Source: Leptolyngbyaceae cyanobacterium
Lineage (GTDB): Bacteria; Cyanobacteriota; Cyanobacteriia; Phormidesmidales; Phormidesmidaceae
DNA: 64,000 bases
NCBI GenBank assembly: GCA_965263355.1
Contig: CBDHHL010000046.1
Span: 1 to 64,000, forward strand
Direction: 5' to 3'
The notes under the pieces are model-generated. The model was not told the origin of the DNA. It was given only the letters and a program-made list of their open reading frames with translations, and searched no databases. This document shows, in pieces, positions 38,293 through 48,135 of the stretch (the first letter of the stretch is position 1; the number at the start of each line of letters is the position of its first letter). Made by a program: the position numbers and the translations under genes.

Positions 38293-41200
38293 TTAGTATT
38301 TCCATGCTTCATCTGGGTTCTTGGATTGCCCAAACTCTAATCCAAATGCCGCAGCGGGGATAGGGTGTGTTCCGTGCAGATCACTGACCCATCCTTCAGC
38401 AGCGCCGTCAAGGATTGTATCTTTTAAGTGCGTTGCCTGCATCCGAGCAAGCCAATCAGACCTCAATTCTCTTGGAAGAACGTTGGTGCCTTTAAGGATT
38501 GGTCTAGCAAGTAATTGTTCCCCTTTAGTCACTGAGGAATTGTATCTGTTCACCTCGGAAGCAGCAACCTTGTCTCCCTTTAGGAAAGTTGGGTGGTCTT
38601 TTGGGTCTTCTATCTCCGCCAAATTGGTAAGCGTCCTTACAAACACTTCCGCGTTTTTACGCAGGATGGGCGTACGGCTATAACCACCCAAGTTGGTCAG
38701 TTCATCCGTAACGTAATTTCTTACAGCAGAGATGCCAGTTAGTGGAAGCATCTCCAAAGGATTTTTAGGGCCGCCAGAAAGTGCATCTCCTTTTTTAACT
38801 TTTTGCCCCTTAGACACAACAGGAGATTGTCTAGCAGATAAATAATGTTTAGTGCCCGACACATAAATATTCCAACCTCCAACCACTTCATCTTTTTCAA
38901 TCTTGTCTATATTGCCAGATTGTTTAGATAGGACTGCGGAACCTGGCAAATTCTGTGGGAACTTCACCAGCTGCACAACCCGGTCAAACTGACTTGCCAC
39001 ATCGGAACCTTTGGCTCCAGCAACGCCACCGGTGTGAAAGGCATTCATAGCCATCTGTGTCAAAGGCTCACCTATTGCGTGCACAGCCTTTACTCCCAAG
39101 TTGTCTCCCTTTTCTGGGAATTGACCCATTTCATTTAGACCATAACAACGAGAGCACACGCCATCATGAGCTTGGCATTTTAGAGGTGTTCGTGCAGTAA
39201 AGGCTTTTACTCCGTTGTTCTGCATGCGCGTGAGCATTTGGGGCGTAACCACTTCTCCCGCCTTCAGAACACCCTTGCCTTTCAAAGAAACATCCACAGC
39301 TAAAACCCTATCGATAGCTTGATTGTCTGTGGGCGAAAACATGTTTCCTTCTTTCGTTCCACAATCTATCTCAGACACCAGATGGTCCATAGATGTCTGC
39401 ATCATCTCTTTTACCTGAGCACCAGGAAGCTGCGTTCCCTTAACACGACCAATAGTACCCTTTCTAGCGCCATACATAGAAGCCCAATAACTAGCAGTAT
39501 CCAAACCTTCAGAGTAAGACTTCTCTATAGAAATAGGGACAATACGCTCTTTACTGTCAACAACTGCAAGAGGTGTGATTGTCATTTGCTTAAACTGGTC
39601 CCAGTTACCTCTGGCTTGAGCCTTAACCCACTGATACATCTTGTTATTAGATTTATCGAATTTGGGCTTTGTTGCCTTATCTAAAACAATGCGAGCCTTA
39701 TTGTACAACTCTGCAAGAGCCTCATTTCTCTTGGCCTTGTTTCGAACTGACTTGTGGATCTCTCTTTCTCTTTCTTTAACTTGACGAAGGATATTATCCC
39801 TAGGCCCTTTCATGGCCTTAAAGTCTTCTAACCCAAAACCATAACCAGTCGCATGCACATTACCCATGTCCTTCAATGTGTCCGCTACATCCCGAAAAGT
39901 TTCTGCATCAGCTTTTTGCCCAATCTCACTCAAAAGCTTAGTTAAGTTCCTCTTATCAAGTTGTTGACCTTTAAATAGGTGCTTATATTCCTTAGGGAGT
40001 GATTGCTCTATAAGCATACGTCCAACTGTGGTGTGCTTAGCTTTATTTTCAGAGGCCTTCTTAATTCTATCCTGCAAGAAATTAGGGACCTCTTTCGTCG
40101 CATCTCTGATCGTAACTACGTCTGTGATCCCAATCTTTCCTTGTTTAACCGCTTTGGCTGCCGCAGCACCTGTTTGAAACACCAAGCCTGTTTTCTTTCC
40201 ATCTGTTCTTGTTAATTGGTGCAGCCCCAATAAGGATTCATGAGTAGGTCTAAACATCAGACCTCCATGAGAAGAACTAAACAGGTTTTTTGACGGAAGC
40301 ATTTTCCAGGCCTCATCTACCGCCTTATTAGAAATAGGGACAAAGGCAGCCATCTTATCTCCGTCAAAGTCGGCATTAAAACCACCTGTAGCGAGAGGGT
40401 GAATTTTAATCGCACTGCCTTTTGTCAAGACGGGCTTAAAGGCTTGGACGCCGTATTTATGTAATACAGGGTCACGCTTCAACAGTACAGGCCTGCTTTT
40501 CATCTCAGCTTCTAACATGTTGTAGACGATCGGCTCTTTGTCTTTTATAGCCTGCACTGCTTGTCCTGGAGCATAGCCAGATTGTCTCATTCGTCGCATG
40601 ACGAAAGGTTTATAAGCCGCCATTGCAGCAGATTCAGGCAAAGCGACCTCATCCATTCCCAAACTAGGCTCTGGAACGATTACGCCTCGCATGGACATAT
40701 CCTGCCGTTTACCAATGACTTTAGATTGGAAGAAAGCATTCTTCGGTTGAGTCATGCCCGACTTTCCGCCAATCAACTCAAGGATGCCCTTTCGGTGTCT
40801 TTGTTTGTACTCCATCCCAGTTAAACTCAGACCCTTTAGACCGTCATACAGACTGGCACCCAAAGATGTCATTTCTTCCGCCTCTTTTGGTACACCTAAA
40901 TCTTGGAGATCTTTTAACTGTGTGTTTATCGTACCCAACTGACGATACATCTCAGTCACATCGTCAGTCCTTATGTCACCGCTATCTAACACAGTTACTG
41001 GTCGCATTTTGGGCGGTAACACAGGAATATGTTGTAGCGTATACGCCTGACGTGCATTCAACTTTCGCTCATTCAGCACTCTCAGATATTTTATTTTTCT
41101 AGAAGCATCATTTAACCTGGGGCCTTTCAAACCTTGTACAGAAGCTTCCAGCTTTTGTAACTCACTACTAACATCGATTTTATCTAGTGCAGAAACTATA

Positions 41201-44200
41201 GCCTCTGGACCTGTGGCACCATCTATCTTTTGAGACCCGGCAATAACATTTTCATAAGCCTTTTGAGTTAGCCCTAACAAGGAACGTATAGGCTTCTCAA
41301 ATGTCGGGTTAGGGAGACGTTCTGTTAATTTCATGTGTCCCCAACGCTCACCTAACCCATGAGTTATAGAAGTCGTTCCCGTAATTTTCGGATCGAACAA
41401 GCCTCCAGGCTCAGGCAAGATCTCATTCGCGCTTGAATGCTTCAAAGGTATATCTGGCTTGGTGATTTCGCCATTAGACATTGATAGGACTTGCTCATCT
41501 GTAAGTGGCCCTAAGTGTAATTTGTTGCCCTCTTTATTTACGTCAACTCCCATAGTTTTGAGGTACCCAACAAATTTACGATAAGCGAAAGGAGTTTCTG
41601 GGGCTGGAGGAACTTCTCCATTTTGTAAGGCTGCCCAGTAATCATCATTTCTTTCCCCCTTTATAGCCTGAAATTCGCGTATGTTCTCTCGAGCACCGTG
41701 AGCCAACATGGCGTAAAGTCCCCCAGAATCCATTGTGACGCCAGAAGCTTTTCCACCTTGTTTGGGTTGCATGTTTGAATCGTAACGACCTACATTTCTA
41801 GCAGACACACCCTTTTCAGCCATGTGCTCGAGCTTTAGAATGTATTGTGGACCAGTCAAAGTTTCATAAACTTCTCCCGATCTTGGGTCAGTTATCTTTT
41901 CCTTATCTGAAATACCTACCTTCTTTAAGTCCTTCAAAACCTTTTCTGTATAATCTTTTATGTCTGCATTAAAGTTATCAACAACGTATGGCTTTCCAGT
42001 TTTTTGGGCTATCTTTCCCGCTGCTGTTTCCAAACACTGACCTAAATTAATTCTCGTACTAATTCCCGCAGGGTTTAGAAGTACATCAACAGGTCGACCA
42101 TTCTGTTTATGAGGCATCTCATTATCTGCAACAATATGAGTTACAATACCCTTATTTCCATGCCGACCCACTAACTTGTCACCAATAACAACAGGAGACT
42201 GCGACTTTACATGTACCGTGATGTCTTTACCGCTTTTAAAGACTTCCACAACTTCGCCTTCATAATCTGCTTCCCAAATAACTGGCTGAGCCTTTACAGG
42301 ACGAAATGCTGATTTACTAATCTTCTGAAGCTCTTGTAACTCTCTTGATGCTTCTGTCTTTTTGAGCACTGCAATCAACAAATCCCCGGGCTTTACACGT
42401 GTACCCTTTTTCACAACCCCAAGTTCATCTAAATTATTTGATTGTCGGTTTGTCCACTGGCCTGCAGTTTCTGCCATGAATCTGTTTTTATCTAAAATCG
42501 TAGACTCACCAGCTTGTACAGAGTGTCGTGTCATATGCTCTGAAGTGAGTTTTTTAGCAGCAGTTTCGGAGATGACAATTCCGTCCTCAAAGTTGTATCC
42601 CTGATAAGGCATGTAGCTGACTTCTAGATTTTTTCCTAAGGCCAATTTTCCATTACGTGTAAAATTTGTATCTGCTACTAGCTGGCCCTTCTTTACAGTA
42701 TCGCCCACCTTAACTAAGGGCTGACTATTTATGGCAGACTTATTATCATTCAAAGGGAAATCTTTGTAGAGTTCTACTTCATGTTTTTTTCTATTGGTAC
42801 CTTGAATAATAATACGGTCTTCTTTTACATCTATAACTTGACCATCCACAGGAGCAGTATGGGAGTTAAGCTTTCCTAATACCTCTTCGAAAGTAAAATT
42901 ACCGTCCGTCTTGTTTTGGACAAGAGGCTCTTCTCGGTCAACCAAAGCCACCGACTGCTCTAACTGTTTAGCCGCCACTGAAGTTCGGTTACCTTGATTG
43001 TTTTGCAAAAACGGGATGGAGTTAGCAGAAAAATCAAACATACCCTTTGGACTACTAATTACATATTGAACCTTATTGGCTGATACAGCACGTACCTCAT
43101 TAGAGGCATCCATAACCTTAACTTCCGTATTCCTAGGAACGTAATCCTTGCCTACCTTCTTGTACTGATCTGGGAATGCAATAATGGCCTTATTTGCTTG
43201 TTCTGAATTTAGCCACTCATATTGTTTGGTCTTTAGGTTGAAAACACGGGTCTTCAACTCTTTACCATGCTTAGCAGCGCCTAGTGCTATTTGAAGGATA
43301 CCACCAATTCTTGAAGATTCTGGTGTTTGAACAGGATCTAAAAAGCCCATCTGAGTTGGATTTATAGACTGAGCTTCAGGAGTAAATTGATTCTCATTCA
43401 AAATACCTCCTTCACCGAAGATAGTTGTTCTACGATGACCGCTAATAAACCCCATCGGATTTAGCTGCTTGGGGCGGTCAGACACAGAACTAGAAGAGAA
43501 AAAACTATCTATAGCCTTACCAAATGTATCTATCGTAACAACCTTAGAAACCGAGTCGGCATTATCTATTTTTCGCTTTAGCTTTCTTTGAATTTCTGAA
43601 CGTCCTCGAGTACTGATTCGCTCTTCTAAGTGATCTTCTGCCCCAAACACATCTTTGAATTGTAATTGGTCTCTCTCATCAGCTTCTTCCACACCACGTA
43701 TAACATTTAAAAGCTTCTTACTGCCAAGGACTAGAGCAGAACCATCTACTTGTTTTAATTCCTTGCCTAGAGTCAACTTAGTTGAATCTGGTCTCAACTC
43801 CGTTTTGTCAAAAGCCGCACGTATATTTGTTTGTGCTTCTTTCAAAGAGTCGGAAGATTGGCCTGTAAGTCGTTGACTAAGATGCAAAAGATTTGACGTC
43901 TCTACCCGCCCGGTAACTCGGTTGGCATTAAGGATTTCCTTTCCCCAAGTTCTCTCTAAATCTTCATCATCCACGCCCAACGTTTTTAAGATCGAGTAAG
44001 CAGGATAGCTTTTAGTGCCATACTGAATTCGGAATTTCTTTGTGTCGGAATCAAAGTCCATGCTGAACCCTAACCCCTTTGACAGGTTCCACTCCTGAGA
44101 AATACCACCCGCTTGAGTTTCTTTTGTGTAAACACCAGATTTTAAGCGGAGTTGATTGTGAATTTGCCGCTCTTCACCTCTTACAATGTATGAAAATCTT

Positions 44201-44493
44201 CGAGTTGGTTTAGGCAAAGTCCCCAAAGAAACGCGTCCTGAATCAATAACTTTGCCTGTTGCTTTATCTACCAGCTCAACCTCTCCGTAGATTGGAGCTC
44301 CCCACGTTTTGCCTTTCAGCTTTACATCCTTCTGTTTTGCTACGGAATCCACATGAGTGTTGTCATCCTTCACAGATACACTCTTTAGCCTCAGGATCCG
44401 TTTTTTACCTTCAACAGGGAAATGCGTGGAGATAGATTTTATTGTCGCTTTGCGCAACGCCTCAAAAGTCTCTTGTGGATCTAAACCGGCCAT
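38293..44493 (-). CDS. Single-polypeptide DNA-directed RNA polymerase (beta-beta' fusion)
   Basis: Beta motifs GYNFEDG, GDKLVGRHGNKG, LNPAGISTRINLGQ, YILKLEH; beta' motifs GKRQD, RDPVLH, NADFDGD (40357-40377), GARKG, GEPLTQMAMNAFHTGG. Confidence 0.97.
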   Translation of the reverse strand: MAGLDPQETFEALRKATIKSISTHFPVEGKKRILRLKSVSVKDDNTHVDSVAKQKDVKLKGKTWGAPIYGEVELVDKATGKVIDSGRVSLGTLPKPTRRFSYIVRGEERQIHNQLRLKSGVYTKETQAGGISQEWNLSKGLGFSMDFDSDTKKFRIQYGTKSYPAYSILKTLGVDDEDLERTWGKEILNANRVTGRVETSNLLHLSQRLTGQSSDSLKEAQTNIRAAFDKTELRPDSTKLTLGKELKQVDGSALVLGSKKLLNVIRGVEEADERDQLQFKDVFGAEDHLEERISTRGRSEIQRKLKRKIDNADSVSKVVTIDTFGKAIDSFFSSSSVSDRPKQLNPMGFISGHRRTTIFGEGGILNENQFTPEAQSINPTQMGFLDPVQTPESSRIGGILQIALGAAKHGKELKTRVFNLKTKQYEWLNSEQANKAIIAFPDQYKKVGKDYVPRNTEVKVMDASNEVRAVSANKVQYVISSPKGMFDFSANSIPFLQNNQGNRTSVAAKQLEQSVALVDREEPLVQNKTDGNFTFEEVLGKLNSHTAPVDGQVIDVKEDRIIIQGTNRKKHEVELYKDFPLNDNKSAINSQPLVKVGDTVKKGQLVADTNFTRNGKLALGKNLEVSYMPYQGYNFEDGIVISETAAKKLTSEHMTRHSVQAGESTILDKNRFMAETAGQWTNRQSNNLDELGVVKKGTRVKPGDLLIAVLKKTEASRELQELQKISKSAFRPVKAQPVIWEADYEGEVVEVFKSGKDITVHVKSQSPVVIGDKLVGRHGNKGIVTHIVADNEMPHKQNGRPVDVLLNPAGISTRINLGQCLETAAGKIAQKTGKPYVVDNFNADIKDYTEKVLKDLKKVGISDKEKITDPRSGEVYETLTGPQYILKLEHMAEKGVSARNVGRYDSNMQPKQGGKASGVTMDSGGLYAMLAHGARENIREFQAIKGERNDDYWAALQNGEVPPAPETPFAYRKFVGYLKTMGVDVNKEGNKLHLGPLTDEQVLSMSNGEITKPDIPLKHSSANEILPEPGGLFDPKITGTTSITHGLGERWGHMKLTERLPNPTFEKPIRSLLGLTQKAYENVIAGSQKIDGATGPEAIVSALDKIDVSSELQKLEASVQGLKGPRLNDASRKIKYLRVLNERKLNARQAYTLQHIPVLPPKMRPVTVLDSGDIRTDDVTEMYRQLGTINTQLKDLQDLGVPKEAEEMTSLGASLYDGLKGLSLTGMEYKQRHRKGILELIGGKSGMTQPKNAFFQSKVIGKRQDMSMRGVIVPEPSLGMDEVALPESAAMAAYKPFVMRRMRQSGYAPGQAVQAIKDKEPIVYNMLEAEMKSRPVLLKRDPVLHKYGVQAFKPVLTKGSAIKIHPLATGGFNADFDGDKMAAFVPISNKAVDEAWKMLPSKNLFSSSHGGLMFRPTHESLLGLHQLTRTDGKKTGLVFQTGAAAAKAVKQGKIGITDVVTIRDATKEVPNFLQDRIKKASENKAKHTTVGRMLIEQSLPKEYKHLFKGQQLDKRNLTKLLSEIGQKADAETFRDVADTLKDMGNVHATGYGFGLEDFKAMKGPRDNILRQVKEREREIHKSVRNKAKRNEALAELYNKARIVLDKATKPKFDKSNNKMYQWVKAQARGNWDQFKQMTITPLAVVDSKERIVPISIEKSYSEGLDTASYWASMYGARKGTIGRVKGTQLPGAQVKEMMQTSMDHLVSEIDCGTKEGNMFSPTDNQAIDRVLAVDVSLKGKGVLKAGEVVTPQMLTRMQNNGVKAFTARTPLKCQAHDGVCSRCYGLNEMGQFPEKGDNLGVKAVHAIGEPLTQMAMNAFHTGGVAGAKGSDVASQFDRVVQLVKFPQNLPGSAVLSKQSGNIDKIEKDEVVGGWNIYVSGTKHYLSARQSPVVSKGQKVKKGDALSGGPKNPLEMLPLTGISAVRNYVTDELTNLGGYSRTPILRKNAEVFVRTLTNLAEIEDPKDHPTFLKGDKVAASEVNRYNSSVTKGEQLLARPILKGTNVLPRELRSDWLARMQATHLKDTILDGAAEGWVSDLHGTHPIPAAAFGLEFGQSKNPDEAWKY

Positions 44494-44561
44494 TAATTCC
44501 TCTCACAATAACACAGTCAACTGACTGCAAGATTATCATAATTGTTGGGATAAGAAGACTA

Positions 44562-44684
44562 GTGCGTAGTTATTACGAAGAACAAAACCAGTCCTCTACA
44601 GAGGATTTCAACAAGCAGCACCTCGCCATGCTAGGCGAATCTCAAGATGAAGAAGAAAAGGAAGAAGAACAATGTGGGCAATGA
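44562..44684 (+). CDS. Small acidic peptide (40 aa)
   Basis: GTG start; E-rich; TGA overlaps the next ATG. Confidence 0.4.
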   Translation: MRSYYEEQNQSSTEDFNKQHLAMLGESQDEEEKEEEQCGQ

Positions 44685-44773
44685 AAAATTTAGCAGCAAA
44701 AGTACTGGCTATAATTGTGATGGAAGTAGCCTCCATTATAATCTCCGTCATTGAAAAATGGCACGACAAATAA
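44681..44773 (+). CDS. Small hydrophobic peptide (30 aa)
   Basis: MKNLAAKVLAIIVMEVASIIISVIEKWHDK; ATGA overlap with the upstream ORF. Confidence 0.45.
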   Translation: MKNLAAKVLAIIVMEVASIIISVIEKWHDK

Positions 44774-44779
44774 CGGGTA

Positions 44780-44829
44780 AAAGAAAAAAAGAAGGAGAAA
44801 AGGAAGGGAGGATGTGTTCCTCCCTTCCT
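44780..44829 (-). terminator. Intrinsic terminator after the portal gene
   Basis: Perfect 12-bp stem AGGAAGGGAGGA/TCCTCCCTTCCT with 5-nt loop (44801-44829), followed on the minus strand by a U-rich run; 3 nt after the portal stop. Confidence 0.8.
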
Positions 44830-44832
44830 CCC

Positions 44833-46698
44833 TTAGGTAGTAGACTCAGGCCCTCTTCTCGGTGCCTTTTGTTGTGGGTCTGGACTTTGGGCAGAGCTTT
44901 GATGCGCCCCTTGTCGCTCTGCTAAAGCTGGTGCAACAAGCTCCCAAAACATAGGATTCTCTTGTTGGATTTGAGCGATATATTGTGCTCGAGTAGCCTC
45001 ATCGAGCTGGTCTAACTGAGCTGCAACACTTTGAACTAATTTTTCTATCGGCACACCTCCAGGAGTTACTGGAGACTCTGCGCCAGGAACACCAGATTGA
45101 GGCATTTCTGGGCTCTCTTGCCCCTCCTGCGGCTGTTGTTCCATTGGCGTGCCTGGCGCCAGTTCCGACATAACTTTCTGAGCTCGAGCCTGATATTTTA
45201 TGCCTGTTAACTGCGCTTCACCTTGAATCTGTGATTGAGCCACAGCCTGACTTAGTTGACTCTCTGCCAGCAACTCCTGTTCAACCGCAATCTGTTTTCT
45301 TTCTGCGTCAGCATCCCATTCTGTATCTTCCAGCAAAGTCTTATCTGAAATCTTCCCTGCTTGGTTAAGCTGTAAGTTGAATGCACTTCTTTGAAGGTCA
45401 TCCGCCATTTTAAACCTGCGAAAATATGCAGGCGCTGGCACCCAACTCATGAAAGCACCAACTCGTTCCATGATCCAATTGACCAGATTGATATGGTCCG
45501 ACTTATAATCCAAGAAATGATTTTCCAACATTCTCAAGGAAACACTCGAACCAGAGTAACTTAAGCCTCCGAATATAAACTCATTGGGAACACCCATACC
45601 AGCCACAATATGTTCAGCCCAAACTCGGTATTCTTGGCTCAGCATCAAAGCACGACCTTGTGCCCCTAATGTTTGTTGACCTATTGGAATAGGTAAAATA
45701 GGAATATAGTTGTTATCCAGCCGCCAACGTTGAATCTCTATCTCTATCTGCTTCTTCCAAGCACTCAAGTTAGTTGTCGGGTAAGGATCGCTAGAACCAG
45801 AAGCAACCTGCGGAAAAAGGACTCGAAGAGGTACAATATGCTCTACAGCTATAGCCTCCTGAGCTTTTCTCAATATCTGCAAATAGAACACGTCTTTCAA
45901 CACAGGAAGAATCATCGAAAGCCCCCAACCCTTATCCTTCTGAGCGATTGTAGGCCTTTTCATATGAAAAATATTATTCGGGTTAAAAATAACATCCTTA
46001 TTCTGTTTCATTGCCTCAATGAAACTCGTAGGAGTTTTTTCAATAATATCCTTCTTCCCCATTTGAATATCATTTTTCAAGGTAGTAGGTATGCTATAAT
46101 AATAAGTGTTCTTACCTACCAATTCATTATGTCGAATTGTTATTCGTTCTGGGCTCCAACGAATCAGATGTATATCTCTCCAACTTTTTACATACGTATC
46201 CTGGGCTTTAAACTCTCCATAATGACCGCACTTCTTACAGGAACCTTGATAACCAAAATTACGGAATATGTAGCTTGTCTTTTCTATAGGCATGGAATGC
46301 CCACAATTTGAGCACACTAAAAACTTTTTGAATGGGTAATTCACAGAGATAAAGCAATTACCGTAACAATTATAATCTAATCCTGCCTCCACTTGAAATT
46401 TTTTAAACTTCAATTGCAACTTAAAAAAGTCATCCCACTTACTTCTAAGATTTTCGTCACTGGAGTCAATAATTAAGTCAGTGACTGGGTACTCAGACAT
46501 CTTGTAAACAACAGAGTTTATCAAGGGATTTGATATAAAATAGTACTCACACCACTTCAATAACGTCTTAAACGACGTAGGTAAGTACATATGACTTATA
46601 TCAAAAAATGGAGAAGGATACCGAATTGTCCCCACATGATCGGAAAGCAAAGATCGACTTGCAGGGCCAAAACTTCCAGGAACCGGAGTCACACTCAT
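44833..46698 (-). CDS. Portal protein with zinc-ribbon insertion and Q/P-rich tail
   Basis: NPLINSVV, YGNCFI, IFHMKRP...GWGLSMILPVLK, GVPNEFIFG; CSNC...CKKC insert. Confidence 0.85.
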   Translation of the reverse strand: MSVTPVPGSFGPASRSLLSDHVGTIRYPSPFFDISHMYLPTSFKTLLKWCEYYFISNPLINSVVYKMSEYPVTDLIIDSSDENLRSKWDDFFKLQLKFKKFQVEAGLDYNCYGNCFISVNYPFKKFLVCSNCGHSMPIEKTSYIFRNFGYQGSCKKCGHYGEFKAQDTYVKSWRDIHLIRWSPERITIRHNELVGKNTYYYSIPTTLKNDIQMGKKDIIEKTPTSFIEAMKQNKDVIFNPNNIFHMKRPTIAQKDKGWGLSMILPVLKDVFYLQILRKAQEAIAVEHIVPLRVLFPQVASGSSDPYPTTNLSAWKKQIEIEIQRWRLDNNYIPILPIPIGQQTLGAQGRALMLSQEYRVWAEHIVAGMGVPNEFIFGGLSYSGSSVSLRMLENHFLDYKSDHINLVNWIMERVGAFMSWVPAPAYFRRFKMADDLQRSAFNLQLNQAGKISDKTLLEDTEWDADAERKQIAVEQELLAESQLSQAVAQSQIQGEAQLTGIKYQARAQKVMSELAPGTPMEQQPQEGQESPEMPQSGVPGAESPVTPGGVPIEKLVQSVAAQLDQLDEATRAQYIAQIQQENPMFWELVAPALAERQGAHQSSAQSPDPQQKAPRRGPESTT

Positions 46699-46702
46699 TC
46701 TG

Positions 46703-47335
46703 TTATTTCCCCCTCACCCGTCTAGACTTCCGCCCTGGTTTGCGGCCAGCCAAACGATCTATTCGCTTACCTACGTATTTACCTACTTCGGCCGCACCGA
46801 TAGTAGCTGGAGCGGAAGCAAGTAACCCAGTCCCTCCAGTCAAAACGCCGCCTGCCGCAAAACCTAAGTTTTCTCCTATGGCTTCACCAAGTCCTTGGTC
46901 AGATTGCCCTCTAGCTGCTGCTGCGATAGAAGGTACAGCCATAGCTGTACCCACAACCATTTGACTCTTTGCGCCTACTGGAGCATATTTCAATGCTTTG
47001 CTAGTACCTGTCCAACCAGACCGAGAAGCTTGTTCTGCAAAACCTCGATATCCCGTTGCGCCAGTATCACCCAATAAATGCTCACCCTGTCCGAAAATAT
47101 CCCTAAAAACACGAGAAACAGGCCCACTGCCCTTATTTGCTATGGCTTTCTCATCTATGGTTGGAGCAAAAGCATCCCAACCTTCTTTTAAGCCCTTACG
47201 ACCTGACTTCGTTCGGCGGCCTATCGTTAAAAGGTCCTTTACCACTCCCCATTCTCGAGGGTTCCATGTCATGGGATTTAACTTCTTCTTAGCCATAGCA
47301 ATCTTTTGAAGCTCTAAAGTGAATGCCTCATTCAT
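46703..47335 (-). CDS. Basic Gly-rich protein with F-x-x-E-L-x-K-I-A leader and glycine-zipper-like C-terminus
   Basis: MNEAFTLELQKIA; GLGEAIGENLGFAAGGVLTGGTGLL...GKYVGKRID. Confidence 0.75.
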   Translation of the reverse strand: MNEAFTLELQKIAMAKKKLNPMTWNPREWGVVKDLLTIGRRTKSGRKGLKEGWDAFAPTIDEKAIANKGSGPVSRVFRDIFGQGEHLLGDTGATGYRGFAEQASRSGWTGTSKALKYAPVGAKSQMVVGTAMAVPSIAAAARGQSDQGLGEAIGENLGFAAGGVLTGGTGLLASAPATIGAAEVGKYVGKRIDRLAGRKPGRKSRRVRGK

Positions 47336-48135
47336 GACAACGCCTCCAATTGTTCAGCCATTTGCGTTGTTCTCATACCTGCATACCGATAAGCCACAAC
47401 TAACTTGGCTGCTTGAACAGCAACAAAGTCTGTATCTGAAAAGGACAACTCTGCTTGGTCCTTCATCAAATAAAATCTATTTTTCACAGGATCGCTATTT
47501 ACCCTCTTCACAACCAAGCGAACCCAATCCTCTTGCAACAACGGACAATTGGTCGGAGTCCCCTCCTCATTGAAAGGAAACTCAGTGTCGTAAGAAACAA
47601 TACACTTCATACTTTCGCTATCTAAATCTACGACATGATCACAAGTAGGACATCGAAAATATGGTCGCTCAATATATGGCAAGGCATCTTGCAAGGGTTC
47701 CGGAAGCCAAGTAATACCTTGATCTAATGCACAAGCAGCAACATACTTATGAATGTCCTCGCTCCAAGTCTCTCCTCCTCGGATCTCATTTATAATATTG
47801 ACGCCATTCCACAATTGAGCCACAGAGCACTTTTGGACTGAGGCCGGTGTAGGCATAACATTATTCAATGCCAATATTATTTTCTCAAAAATTTCCCACT
47901 CATACCAAACAGACGTTGCTTGCAATATTGCCCGAAAAGCTTGTATCTTTTGCCAATTGAGCGCAGCTATAGAGTTAGCGCGAAAGACATCTTTGATACT
48001 GGATCTCAAGACATCCGACTCCCAATCCAGCATTTCTGGACCTAATTCTCGTATCAGTAAAGTCCCGAGAACAGTTGGGTGTGCATCATGCCAACCAAAA
48101 AATAGATTTAACTTGGGTATTTTAGATGCCGTCAT
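47332..48135 (-). CDS. Hypothetical protein in the portal operon
   Basis: Start set at MTASK, overlapping the upstream stop; CPTC motif. Confidence 0.65.
   Translation of the reverse strand: MTASKIPKLNLFFGWHDAHPTVLGTLLIRELGPEMLDWESDVLRSSIKDVFRANSIAALNWQKIQAFRAILQATSVWYEWEIFEKIILALNNVMPTPASVQKCSVAQLWNGVNIINEIRGGETWSEDIHKYVAACALDQGITWLPEPLQDALPYIERPYFRCPTCDHVVDLDSESMKCIVSYDTEFPFNEEGTPTNCPLLQEDWVRLVVKRVNSDPVKNRFYLMKDQAELSFSDTDFVAVQAAKLVVAYRYAGMRTTQMAEQLEALS

Noticed and set aside
38293..44493. Host rpoBC contamination or misassembly
   Set aside because: The gene is highly divergent, much shorter than bacterial rpoB plus rpoC, lacks flanking ribosomal protein genes and abuts phage structural genes.
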